From Candidatus Latescibacterota bacterium (GTDB taxonomy: Bacteria; Krumholzibacteriota; Krumholzibacteriia; WVZY01): 64,000 bases of DNA. The position numbers were made by a program, and so were the translations under genes. The stretch lies in NCBI GenBank assembly GCA_963791045.1, contig CAWBQK010000011.1, positions 256,001-320,000 on the forward strand, read 5' to 3'. Below the pieces are notes generated by a model, which saw nothing but the letters and a program-made list of their open reading frames with translations, made no database searches and had not been told where the DNA came from. Positions within the stretch are counted from its first letter, which is position 1, and the number at the start of each line of letters is the position of its first letter. Below are positions 1-8,613 of the stretch, piece by piece.

Positions 1-111
1 GATACCGCTTCCAAGGCGAACGGACTGAGCGACGAGACCGCCGCGCATCTTCTCGAGTCAAAAGCCCGGGTCGATCGCGCACTCGATGCGAAACTGCAGT
101 CGTCATTCTGA
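1..111 (+). CDS. 3' end of a CDS entering from outside the window (function not assignable)
   Basis: Frame 1 is open: DTASKANGLSDETAAHLLESKARVDRALDAKLQSSF then TGA at 109-111, followed by a terminator. Confidence 0.6.
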   Translation, partial: DTASKANGLSDETAAHLLESKARVDRALDAKLQSSF

Positions 112-187
112 TTGGTGCTGTCGGCGGGTGGACTGCACGCCTAGCCTTTTTGCGAGCGAGCGGTTCTTAGCTATTGGCTGGCAGTCG

Positions 188-221
188 AAGGCCCCCCTTG
201 GAAACGAGGGGGGCCTTTTTT
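188..221. terminator. Intrinsic terminator between convergent genes
   Basis: AAGGCCCCCCTTG-GAAA-CGAGGGGGGCCTT hairpin followed by a T run. Confidence 0.85.
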
Positions 222-284
222 GTGGGTGGTGGAAGTCGTCGAGACGGTCGCCGTTGCGGAGTTCGGAGTGTGAACTGATTTCAA

Positions 285-926
285 CTAATACCATTCAGAA
301 AAATAAGCGCCCGCGCCCAGGCCGTGGATCTGTTCTTTGAGCTGGTTCATGAATGACAGTCGGTCGCCCGTCCACTTTATCGGCTCACCAATGAACACAT
401 CAAGAAAGAGCGGGACGGGAAGCCACGCTCCCTTTGGCAGGGCTTTTCCCGTACCGTGGAGGAAAATCGGAACGACGGGTACATTGGGATGTTTTTCGGC
501 AACAAACGAGACGCCTTTTTTGAAATCAATCATCTGCTCGGGTTCTCCGCGCGTTCCTTCAGGATAAAGAATAACAATATCCCTGTTGTCGAGCGCTTCA
601 TGCACGCCGACCAGCGGATCTTCACCCTCTTCTCTTTTTGTTCGCGCGATCGGGATGATTCCGATGACATTGAGCGAAAACCACGCCCACGCCTTGCTCT
701 TCAGAAAATAGTCCGCCGCGGCGATCGGCCGCAGTTTGAACAACTGCCGGATGGGGAAGAGCGATATAAGCGCCATGGTATCGAGATGACTGTTATGGTT
801 GGCGACGATGATGGCCGGGCCTCGTTTGGGGAGTCGCTCCCCGTGCCGGACATTGAGGCCAAAGACTATCAACACGAGCGGTCGCATGATCAGTACGAAG
901 AAGAGTATGCGGAGAAGCCAGGCCAT
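285..926 (-). CDS. Lysophospholipid / 1-acyl-sn-glycerol-3-phosphate acyltransferase (PlsC family)
   Basis: NHNSHLD (HxxxxD) and YPEGTR acyltransferase motifs. Confidence 0.92.
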   Translation of the reverse strand: MAWLLRILFFVLIMRPLVLIVFGLNVRHGERLPKRGPAIIVANHNSHLDTMALISLFPIRQLFKLRPIAAADYFLKSKAWAWFSLNVIGIIPIARTKREEGEDPLVGVHEALDNRDIVILYPEGTRGEPEQMIDFKKGVSFVAEKHPNVPVVPIFLHGTGKALPKGAWLPVPLFLDVFIGEPIKWTGDRLSFMNQLKEQIHGLGAGAYFSEWY

Positions 927-938
927 GATTCCGTTTCT

Positions 939-1880
939 TTAATAGTAGAAGTACCGCGTGAAATGAAGGAATAGCGGCGCCGAGTAAATAAGGCTGTCTA
1001 CCCGGTCGACTATCCCGCCGTGCCCGGGGAGCATCCCGCTGAAATCCTTGATCCCCAGGTCGCGCTTGAGCGAAGACATCGTCACATCTCCAAAGAATCC
1101 GGCGATTCCAATTATGGCGCCCGAGACGATCGCGCCCACCAGGTCAAACGGCGTGAGCATGGGAGCGAGAAGAACGGCAAGAGCGACTGTTGTGATCACG
1201 CCACCCACGAAGCCCTCCCAGGTTTTGCCCGGGCTCACCCGCCACAGGATCTTTCGCCGCCCCACGAGTTTTCCCCATACATACTGCGCAACATCGTTGG
1301 ATTGCGTGAGAACGACGAGATACAAAAGCAAGCCGGCGCCCTCCCACGCGGGCCTCGCGTCGCCGGGGACGGCGAGGAGATACGCGGCATGGCTCAGGCT
1401 GAATACCATCATCATCAAGCCCCAGTGAAGAGTTCCGGTCGAACGCAGGAACCCCGATGTCTCGCCCGAGAGGAGCATGCGGACGGGGAGGAAGAGGAAC
1501 ATATATACCGGGATGAAAATTATAAACATCCCGTACCACTCGATTGCGACCCACAGGTACTGGAGCGGGTTCGCGAGGTACGTCCAGAACAACACGCCAC
1601 GGTCCGCCTTCCGGAGCGGGATGAGCGAGAGATACTCTTTCAAAGCGAGATAGCTAATGAAGGCGAAAAAGACGAGCGAGACTATCCTGTTGACCGAAAT
1701 CGCGATGGCGAAAATGATCGCCATCACCCACCACGAGCGGACGCGAAGCGTGAGTTCGGTGTAATCACGCCTGGGGTTCAATCTTCCGAGTACAAATGTA
1801 AACAGCGTCCATGCGATGAGGACGACGAGGACGCCCATGAGTACTTTCGCCACTTCTGTATCCAGGAATCTAACTTCCAT
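939..1880 (-). CDS. Phosphatidate cytidylyltransferase (CdsA/YnbB-like)
   Basis: Multi-TM protein with SPGKTWEG and SSLKRDLGIKD...PGHGGIVDRVDS signature. Confidence 0.92.
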   Translation of the reverse strand: MEVRFLDTEVAKVLMGVLVVLIAWTLFTFVLGRLNPRRDYTELTLRVRSWWVMAIIFAIAISVNRIVSLVFFAFISYLALKEYLSLIPLRKADRGVLFWTYLANPLQYLWVAIEWYGMFIIFIPVYMFLFLPVRMLLSGETSGFLRSTGTLHWGLMMMVFSLSHAAYLLAVPGDARPAWEGAGLLLYLVVLTQSNDVAQYVWGKLVGRRKILWRVSPGKTWEGFVGGVITTVALAVLLAPMLTPFDLVGAIVSGAIIGIAGFFGDVTMSSLKRDLGIKDFSGMLPGHGGIVDRVDSLIYSAPLFLHFTRYFYY

Positions 1881-2484
1881 CTTCGGCTTCTTTCAATGCG
1901 CCGCGCGCCCGGTTGAAAATCGTTATCGCGAGAAGGACGATCATGATACCAAGAACGGCGTTCAGCCAGAACGTTTTTTGAACTTCGAACGCGATAAGAA
2001 GCGCGAGGACTCCAAAAGCGAACGCCCGGTCGCTCTTGCCCATCGGTCCATCGTACCGCCGTGTCGCGCCGATCTGAACGCCAACGACGCCGGTCATTTC
2101 GCTGATGATCGCGAGAATGTTTACGATGACGACGAGTGGGGCTGACAAAGCCGGGATGAGGGCGAAGGGCAAGTACATCGCCGTATCCGATACGACATCG
2201 CCGACCTCGTTAAAAACCGCGCCGAGTTTTGTCATCATATTGTGTTCACGGGCGAGCATTCCGTCAATCGCGTTTAGCGCCATGCGTAGGAAGAGCGCGA
2301 CGGGAATGAAGAACAAAGGCCATCTCTCGAGCGGCCACACGGCGACGAATATACCGGCGGCCACCGACAAGATGAATGCGGAACATGTTATTTGATTGGG
2401 GGTTACACCGATGCGTGCAAGGCTCCGGACGATGGGCCGGAGTGTGTTCTGGAATGCTGGTTTGAGATCGTAGATGCTTGGCAT
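1870..2484 (-). CDS. CDP-alcohol phosphatidyltransferase (YnbA-like)
   Basis: TPNQIT and DGMLAR...G...D...D motif. Start placed at ATG 2484 after a GAGG SD. First gene of a ynbAB-plsC-like operon. Confidence 0.9.
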   Translation of the reverse strand: MPSIYDLKPAFQNTLRPIVRSLARIGVTPNQITCSAFILSVAAGIFVAVWPLERWPLFFIPVALFLRMALNAIDGMLAREHNMMTKLGAVFNEVGDVVSDTAMYLPFALIPALSAPLVVIVNILAIISEMTGVVGVQIGATRRYDGPMGKSDRAFAFGVLALLIAFEVQKTFWLNAVLGIMIVLLAITIFNRARGALKEAEDGS

Positions 2485-2543
2485 ATCACCTCGCATGAAG
2501 TCTGTCACACGCCGCCACCCGCGCCTGTCTCAAAACGAACTTG

Positions 2544-3255
2544 TTAGCGCCAGTAGCTGCCCGAGACTATGTAGAAAGCCCAGTCGTCAGGGCCTCTTGC
2601 GACGTCGATCCCGGCCTGCATCCCAAACAGTCGCGCCAGCAAGTATCTAAAACCGGCGCCGCCCGCGTACTTCGGGTTCGTGTCGTTGAGGTCGCTTAGC
2701 GACATGACCGCGCGTCCGCCGCCGGCGAACCCGACCAGGCTCCATCGACCCTTGACATTCCAGCGGGCTTCGACCTCGCCGGTGATGGTGTGTTTCCCCT
2801 GGTAGCGCATCGCCGGGATGCCTCGAAGACTGATGTAGGGGAGTTGAAAGAACGGAACGTCACCATCCGTGAATTTACCGTCGAGTCTGAATCCGAGTAC
2901 GACACGCTTGTGAACCGGCACGTAGCCGTATCCGTAAATCTTGAGTTTTGTGAAATCATAATCGCTGCCGAAATATTTTTCGAAGAACTGCCAATTCCCA
3001 ATCAATCGCACGGTCTTTTTTCGGGTGGAAAAATGTCAAAAACAATCCGCCGCCATAACCCACCGCGGGTTCGGTGATGATTATGGGAACGGGGAAGAAA
3101 CCAGCGCGGCCGGCAAGCCACGTGCTCATGTCGAACTCGCCGGTTTCGGGGTCCTTGAACTTCGATTTGAAATCCTCGGTTTGAGCCGAGACGGGAAGCA
3201 CGAGCAATATGGCGAACAACGCGACGATGACGCGTCGGGAGATAGGTGTATTCAT
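2544..3255 (-). pseudogene. BamA/TamA-like outer-membrane beta-barrel protein, split and apparently internally deleted
   Basis: N-terminal part (signal peptide, PVPIIITEPAVGYGGG) and C-terminal barrel part (LRGIPAMRYQG...GAGFRY) lie in different frames and join near 3010. Confidence 0.65.
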
Positions 3256-3304
3256 GATCGGCGATGATATCACGACACCGTTGCGGTGGCCACAAATGAT
3301 TGGG

Positions 3305-3408
3305 GGTAAGGGTCCTATCGCCGGGGCCCCCTCAGCGAGCGAAGCCTTAGTGCGGGGTGTCATGCTCAGAGGCTTTAACAACCCAGAACGCGAGCCGCCA
3401 TCCGTGCC
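3305..3408. repeat. Intergenic palindromic element, copy A (degenerate, inverted relative to copies B and C)
   Basis: Matches the reverse complement of copy B: GGGTCCT, GAGCGAAGC, GTGCGGGGTrTCATGCTCAGA and terminal GCCAyCCGTGCC. Confidence 0.75.
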
Positions 3409-3412
3409 AAGT

Positions 3413-4429
3413 TTACGGCTTCTGGAATTTGAAAATGATATTGAAGCGCGAGCTTTCGTAGTACGCCTGGCTGCCGCGGGGTGAGGTGTACATCGTGGGG
3501 TTCAAGAGGTCTTCGTACGGGCCGGTAAAAGCGAATTCGCCGTTGGTCCACTCCTCCACAAGATCGGCGGGTGGATCGAAGGGGGTCAGGCATGGGAATG
3601 TGAGCAGTCCGCGACCGAGATCGATTGCGTCCGACCCAAGATCGACTTTGCCGTCGGGCGGCCCAGTCCCGGTGTCATCGGTCTGGTCGAGGCCGAAGAT
3701 CTGTATCCACGGGATCGAGGAACCTTCCGGGCGCCATGTGCTATCGCGGTTGGCGATTTCGTGGATTTCGATCTCGAGAGTGCGTGGATCGATATTAAAA
3801 ATGCCAAGATTGTAGGTGTTCCGTATCATGTAGGGCCAGGTGTAGGCGAAACGGTCCGTTGGGGTGGCGCCGCCGGGACGGATGAGTTCGAGGTGCAGGG
3901 GGGCTCTAGCATCGTCCGATGGCGATTGGTCATAATCGCCTATCGTATCGTCCTCCTCGTTTACATAGGTGACGGCGAGGACTTCTCCATCGAGAAGTGG
4001 TGTCCCCAGCCAGAGCCCGATCACTTCTTCGGTAGCCGGATCGAGAATGAACCCGAAGTCGTCGTCATATGTGAGAAGTTTGAAACGGCGGAATTCAAAG
4101 TCATCCCCCACGCCAATCCCCGAACCGTCCCCCAGCGAATCGACCCAAGCGGCGCCCCACGTGACGATTGTTTCCGGCGTATAGAAATCGGCAATAGACC
4201 GCCAGACGTTAACCGTTTCCGGGCGGGGAATGAAAAACCGATCGGGGTATGTCTCATCGGGTGGACGGTCAAAGAAGAAATAAGTATTCCAGATGTTGTC
4301 GATGGACGCGATGATCCGGGTCTCTTTTTCGCCGTCGTCGGGGCAGTTGCATGGACCCGTCGAGTCATCGCTGCACGAGACAAGAGAAACAACGAGTATG
4401 GAAGCGATCAACCAAACAAACAGCCGCAT
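3413..4429 (-). CDS. Lipoprotein resembling a segment of the SprA (T9SS translocon) N-terminal region
   Basis: Lipobox LVSC. YMIRNTYNLG...WIQIFGLD...PDGKVD...GLLTFP..PFDP recalls SprA N-terminal motifs. Start at ATG 4429. Confidence 0.6.
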   Translation of the reverse strand: MRLFVWLIASILVVSLVSCSDDSTGPCNCPDDGEKETRIIASIDNIWNTYFFFDRPPDETYPDRFFIPRPETVNVWRSIADFYTPETIVTWGAAWVDSLGDGSGIGVGDDFEFRRFKLLTYDDDFGFILDPATEEVIGLWLGTPLLDGEVLAVTYVNEEDDTIGDYDQSPSDDARAPLHLELIRPGGATPTDRFAYTWPYMIRNTYNLGIFNIDPRTLEIEIHEIANRDSTWRPEGSSIPWIQIFGLDQTDDTGTGPPDGKVDLGSDAIDLGRGLLTFPCLTPFDPPADLVEEWTNGEFAFTGPYEDLLNPTMYTSPRGSQAYYESSRFNIIFKFQKP

Positions 4430-4434
4430 CTGTC

Positions 4435-5385
4435 TCACATGCCCCACGGATACTCGGAGCGGTCGACACAATACGTCCCCAGTGGCGCTGATTTCAGATC
4501 GACCGTGAATTCCAGCTTGGGGTCGCCTTCTTTGACATACGGTTCGTATACCTGAATGATGTACTCGCCCGGTTGGAGATTACGTATTTCGTAATCGAGA
4601 TCGAAGAGACAAGAACAGTCACAAAGTCCTTCGACTTCATTTTCTTCGATACGGATGATGTTTTTTGCGATCGTTATCACTGGATCGATTACGGGACAGC
4701 AGTTGAAACCGGCATTCAGATGCGTGAGCCGGAGGGTGCTTTCACCATCAAAATCATAATCGACGCAATCTTTGGTGGACGGTATAACCTCGATCGCACC
4801 GTTGTCCACAAAATCCTTGCAGTCCGAGGCGTTCAGGAGAAGGCCGTAGGGATTGTCCTGGATAACGCCAATATCCCATGGGTAGTGGTCACGGTCGAGG
4901 CAGGTGACACCCGATGGCCTGGTGTAGAGGTTGACGTCGACTTCGAGGGCTGGATCAGATTCGATCGTGTAGAGTTCGGCGATCCGGATCGTGTATTCGC
5001 CCGGCGGGAGATCGGTGATCTCATACTCGACGTCGTAGAGACAAAGACAATGGCAGGCGGGTTGAGACTCAGCTTCAACGATAAGAATGAGACCGTCCTC
5101 GACGGTGATCGTCGCCGACAGGTCGCCGGGGCAGCAGTTGAACGCCGCGTTGACGTGCGTAATGTTTAGCGTCCCGACTCCGTCCCAGCGGTGCATGATA
5201 CAGTCCGACGTGACGGGCGTGATATCGAGAGGAGGAATTGTCTCAAGTGTCTTGCAACCAGTCGAGCTTATCAAGTCGCCCGAAGGGATTCCCGGACCGG
5301 TCTTGATAACACCGTCATTGTCGCCGCCGCAACCCGCGGCGAAAAGAAGCGCGATTGCCACGAACGCCACAAATCTGGGAAACAT
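4435..5385 (-). CDS. Cys-rich lipoprotein with two tandem copies of one domain
   Basis: Lipobox AAGC. HxNAxFNCCP...CxCxCLxDxxYEIxxLxPGEYxI...CxDRxxYPW occurs twice. GGAGG SD before ATG 5385. Confidence 0.8.
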   Translation of the reverse strand: MFPRFVAFVAIALLFAAGCGGDNDGVIKTGPGIPSGDLISSTGCKTLETIPPLDITPVTSDCIMHRWDGVGTLNITHVNAAFNCCPGDLSATITVEDGLILIVEAESQPACHCLCLYDVEYEITDLPPGEYTIRIAELYTIESDPALEVDVNLYTRPSGVTCLDRDHYPWDIGVIQDNPYGLLLNASDCKDFVDNGAIEVIPSTKDCVDYDFDGESTLRLTHLNAGFNCCPVIDPVITIAKNIIRIEENEVEGLCDCSCLFDLDYEIRNLQPGEYIIQVYEPYVKEGDPKLEFTVDLKSAPLGTYCVDRSEYPWGM

Positions 5386-5601
5386 TTGAAGACCTCCAGA
5401 GCGCTTGACAGCCAAGGGTCAAGTGGGGATCGGTTGAAAGCAGGGAACTCGGCGGGCAATCCAACGTCCCGCGCACCCCCGTACTATAAATGTAGCGGAT
5501 ATTTCAGATGCTGCAACTTGATACCACGTGATTTTTTGAACTCACCTGTGGGCGCGGTGGGAGCGTTCGATGACCCGGCGCGGGTTGTGTGGGTGGATTC
5601 C

Positions 5602-5750
5602 CGGCACGGGTGGCATCGGTGGGGCCCCCGACGCGAGCGGAGCGTAAGCGAGCACGCGCGGGCTTACCGTTGAGGTGACTGAAGCATCTGAGCATGATAC
5701 CCCGCACCTCGCTTCGCTCGGGGTATCCGATGACAGGACCCGTGCCGAGC
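5602..5750. repeat. Intergenic palindromic element, copy B
   Basis: CGGCACGGGT (5602-5611) pairs with ACCCGTGCCG (5738-5747) and CATCGG with CCGATG. The ends and GCGTAAGCGAGCACGC are shared with copy C. Confidence 0.85.
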
Positions 5751-5755
5751 AATAC

Positions 5756-5783
5756 AAAAGGGGGCCCTTGTTGGGCCCCCTTC
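5756..5783 (-). terminator. Intrinsic terminator of hflKC
   Basis: On the minus strand AAGGGGGCCC-AACAA-GGGCCCCCTT followed by TTGTATT. Confidence 0.8.
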
Positions 5784-5809
5784 GTTGATGCGACTTGCAG
5801 TAACTTGCT

Positions 5810-6730
5810 CTACTTGAGGTACTTGTAGAATTCCCCGTCCGTGGTCAGAATCAGCGACGTTTCCGCATCGATCGTATTCTGGTAGATCTCCATCGTTTTG
5901 AGGAATTCATAGAAATCCCTCGTCGAGGGTGATCTATCATAGGCTGCCGCATAAATCGACGTGGCCTGGGCGTCGCCCCGGCCGGTGATCTCGCGGGCCA
6001 AACGATACGCTTCCGATTGGATCTCTTTCAGATCCCTGTCCTTCTCGCCGCGGATCCTCGATGCTTCACCCTGGCCCTCGGACCGGTATCGATCGGCGAT
6101 CCGCCGGCTCTCGGCGACCATTCGTTCGTAGACCTTGCGGCGGACCTCTTCGACATAGTTGATCCGTTTGAACTGGACATCGAGAATTTCGATCCCGAGA
6201 TCGCTCGTTCGGGTCTGCGCTTTGGCGAGAATTTCGTACCGGATCACATCGCGTCCGTACGAAATCGGAGCGAGCATCGCCTCATCGGCCGATTCGAGTT
6301 CCGACCGCTCCGGTTCTCGGTTCGAGGTGCGAATCACCTCGACGAGATTGTGATTCGCGATGGAGTTTCTTGTCTCGCCATCGAGAATATCATCGAGACG
6401 TGTCTGCGCTCCCCGTTCGTCACGAAGCCGCTGGAAGAACAGGAGCGGATCTGTAATCCGCCAACGCGCATACGTGTCGACCCAGATAAAACGCTTGTCC
6501 TTCGTCGGGAGCTGATTCGCGTCACCATCCCATTCGAGAAAGCGTTTGTCGAAACGGTGCGCTTTCTGGACGATCGGGATTTTGAACTTGAGCCCCGGTG
6601 TGTCAACTGGGTCGCCAACTGGCTTTCCAAACTGAGTGATGATCACTTGTTCGGGTTCCTGAACGACATAGAAGGCACCGCGGAGCACGATGATGGCAAG
6701 GAGTGCGATTACGATAAATGCTATTCTCAT
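5810..6730 (-). CDS. hflC: FtsH protease modulator HflC
   Basis: N-terminal TM, SPFH domain (ITQFGKPV...PGLKFKIP) and VYERMVAE...RSEG; ATGA overlap with hflK. Confidence 0.95.
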   Translation of the reverse strand: MRIAFIVIALLAIIVLRGAFYVVQEPEQVIITQFGKPVGDPVDTPGLKFKIPIVQKAHRFDKRFLEWDGDANQLPTKDKRFIWVDTYARWRITDPLLFFQRLRDERGAQTRLDDILDGETRNSIANHNLVEVIRTSNREPERSELESADEAMLAPISYGRDVIRYEILAKAQTRTSDLGIEILDVQFKRINYVEEVRRKVYERMVAESRRIADRYRSEGQGEASRIRGEKDRDLKEIQSEAYRLAREITGRGDAQATSIYAAAYDRSPSTRDFYEFLKTMEIYQNTIDAETSLILTTDGEFYKYLK

Positions 6731-7746
6731 TTGTCATCACCGCCTTTACTTCTGCCGGGAGGTTCTATGTTGAGCAGTGGAATGATTCCTTTTAAATCCT
6801 CGTCCAAGATAATTTTCTTGGAAACCTGCGGCAGAATAATATTCATCGTTTCGAGATAGATCCTCTTTTTTGTGACTTCAGGGGCTTTTTGATACTCCTG
6901 GAACACGACAACGAACCGTGCGGAGTCGCCTCGCGCGGTGTTGACGCGCTGGAGCGCATAGCCCTCGGCTTCATTGATTGTCTGCTGCGCTTCGCCCCTC
7001 GCCCTTGGGATCACCCTGTTGTAATCGGACTGGGCTTCGTTGATGAGTTTTTCGCGTTCTTGTTGTGCTTCGTTGACCTCGTTAAAAGAGGGTTTCACCG
7101 CGTCGGGCGGGTTGACGTCCTGGAGCACCACCTGGTCGACATTGATTCCAGTTTCATATTGCACGCAGAGCTCCTGGAGCTGCTCTTCTACGAGCGTGGC
7201 GATTTCCTGACGACCAACCGTGAGGACTTCGTTGACCGTGCGGTCACCGACGACACGTCTTACGACTGCCTCAGACATATCACGAAACGTACTTTGCACA
7301 TTCCTTACCCTGAAAAGGTACTGGTAGGGGTCGACGATCCGGTACTGGACCACCCACTCGACAACAGCGGCGTTGAGATCGCCCGTGAGCATATTGGATT
7401 CAGACGCCCGCCCCTTTTCGGTGTACGTGCTACGCGCACCCGAGGACGACACCGTTTGAAATCCAAACTCCTCCTTTAGCTGTCGCTGAACCGGAACCTT
7501 TGTCACCCGTTCGATGCCCAGCGGGAGCTTTATATGAAGACCGGGGTCGCTGTTCCGCGAGAATTTCCCAAGACGGAGGACGACGCCGATCTCTTCAGGT
7601 TCAATGGTGTAGAACATCGAAAGGGCAAGAAGACCAATAATCACAAGGATGATGATCGTTCGCGCCCCACCTCCAATCCCACGCCGGAGCCGCATGCGCG
7701 CGGCGTTCACGAATTCACTGAATTCGCCAAATTCGCCTTCGGCCAT
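6727..7746 (-). CDS. hflK: FtsH protease modulator HflK
   Basis: SPFH domain with MLTGD, VNPPDAV..SFNEV, IPRARGEA and APEVTKKRIYLET. Confidence 0.95.
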   Translation of the reverse strand: MAEGEFGEFSEFVNAARMRLRRGIGGGARTIIILVIIGLLALSMFYTIEPEEIGVVLRLGKFSRNSDPGLHIKLPLGIERVTKVPVQRQLKEEFGFQTVSSSGARSTYTEKGRASESNMLTGDLNAAVVEWVVQYRIVDPYQYLFRVRNVQSTFRDMSEAVVRRVVGDRTVNEVLTVGRQEIATLVEEQLQELCVQYETGINVDQVVLQDVNPPDAVKPSFNEVNEAQQEREKLINEAQSDYNRVIPRARGEAQQTINEAEGYALQRVNTARGDSARFVVVFQEYQKAPEVTKKRIYLETMNIILPQVSKKIILDEDLKGIIPLLNIEPPGRSKGGDDK

Positions 7747-7907
7747 AATGACTCAACTCCTTTCTTTTCAAAATGTTTTGATCTGATTTCACGCTATCAC
7801 AAATCGAAAGGCCTACAAAGGAGTAATACCCGTCCCGCGGGAAAACATTCAACGGCCACGCCGAAGGTCGGATGTCCTCGATGGCTCGGCGTGGCCGCAG
7901 GAGACGA

Positions 7908-7937
7908 TTGACACGTTGGCCGCCCGGAATCTATATT
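7908..7937 (+). promoter_or_regulatory. Putative sigma-70 promoter of kefG-kefB
   Basis: TTGACA-18 nt-TATATT. Confidence 0.55.
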
Positions 7938-7985
7938 GGCTCAGAAGCACCGCCGTTAAACGGCACTCCAGAAGCGAGTTGTCTC

Positions 7986-8612
7986 ATGACCAATAAAATG
8001 AAGCAGATTCTTGTGCTCTTTGCCCATCCGACGTACAGGCAATCGCGGGCGAGCAGAGGGCTGGTCTGGGCCGTCCAGAATCTCGATGGGGTGACGTTTC
8101 ATGATTTATATGAGGCGTATCCGGAGTTCGATATCGATGTTTCCGCGGAGCAGGAACTTCTCATCAGACACGATATCATCATTTTTCACCATCCTTTCTT
8201 CTGGTACAGCACGCCGGCGATCCTCAAAGAGTGGCAGGATCTCGTTCTCGAACACGGTTGGGCGTACGGCAAAGATGGCCACGCGCTTCGCGGCAAAATG
8301 TTCTTCAATGTGATTACGACGGGCGGCGGGGAAGAGGCCTATCAACGAAACGGACACAACCGTTTCACGATTCGTGAACTTCTTGCGCCGATGGAACAAA
8401 CGGCGAATTTGTGCGAGATGACATACCTCCCGCCCTTTGTGGTACACGCGACGCATACGCTGGCGGGTGCGGATATCCGTGGGCACGCGGAGGATTATCG
8501 CCGCATCGTGGAAGCGTTTCGGGATGGGTGTATCGATATGAAAGCGCTGCAAAAACAACCACGGCTCAACAAGAACCTGGACGCAGTGGTTATAAATCCG
8601 GCGGGCGATTGA
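7986..8612 (+). CDS. kefG: Kef ancillary NAD(P)H oxidoreductase (KefG/KefF family)
   Basis: FAHP, HDLYEAYP, HPFFWYSTPAILKEWQDLVL..GWAYG; directly upstream of a Kef antiporter. Confidence 0.88.
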   Translation: MTNKMKQILVLFAHPTYRQSRASRGLVWAVQNLDGVTFHDLYEAYPEFDIDVSAEQELLIRHDIIIFHHPFFWYSTPAILKEWQDLVLEHGWAYGKDGHALRGKMFFNVITTGGGEEAYQRNGHNRFTIRELLAPMEQTANLCEMTYLPPFVVHATHTLAGADIRGHAEDYRRIVEAFRDGCIDMKALQKQPRLNKNLDAVVINPAGD

Positions 8613-8613
8613 T

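Noticed and set aside
285-2484. Lipid-synthesis trio as a novel pathway
   Set aside because: It matches the widespread ynbA-ynbB-acyltransferase arrangement.
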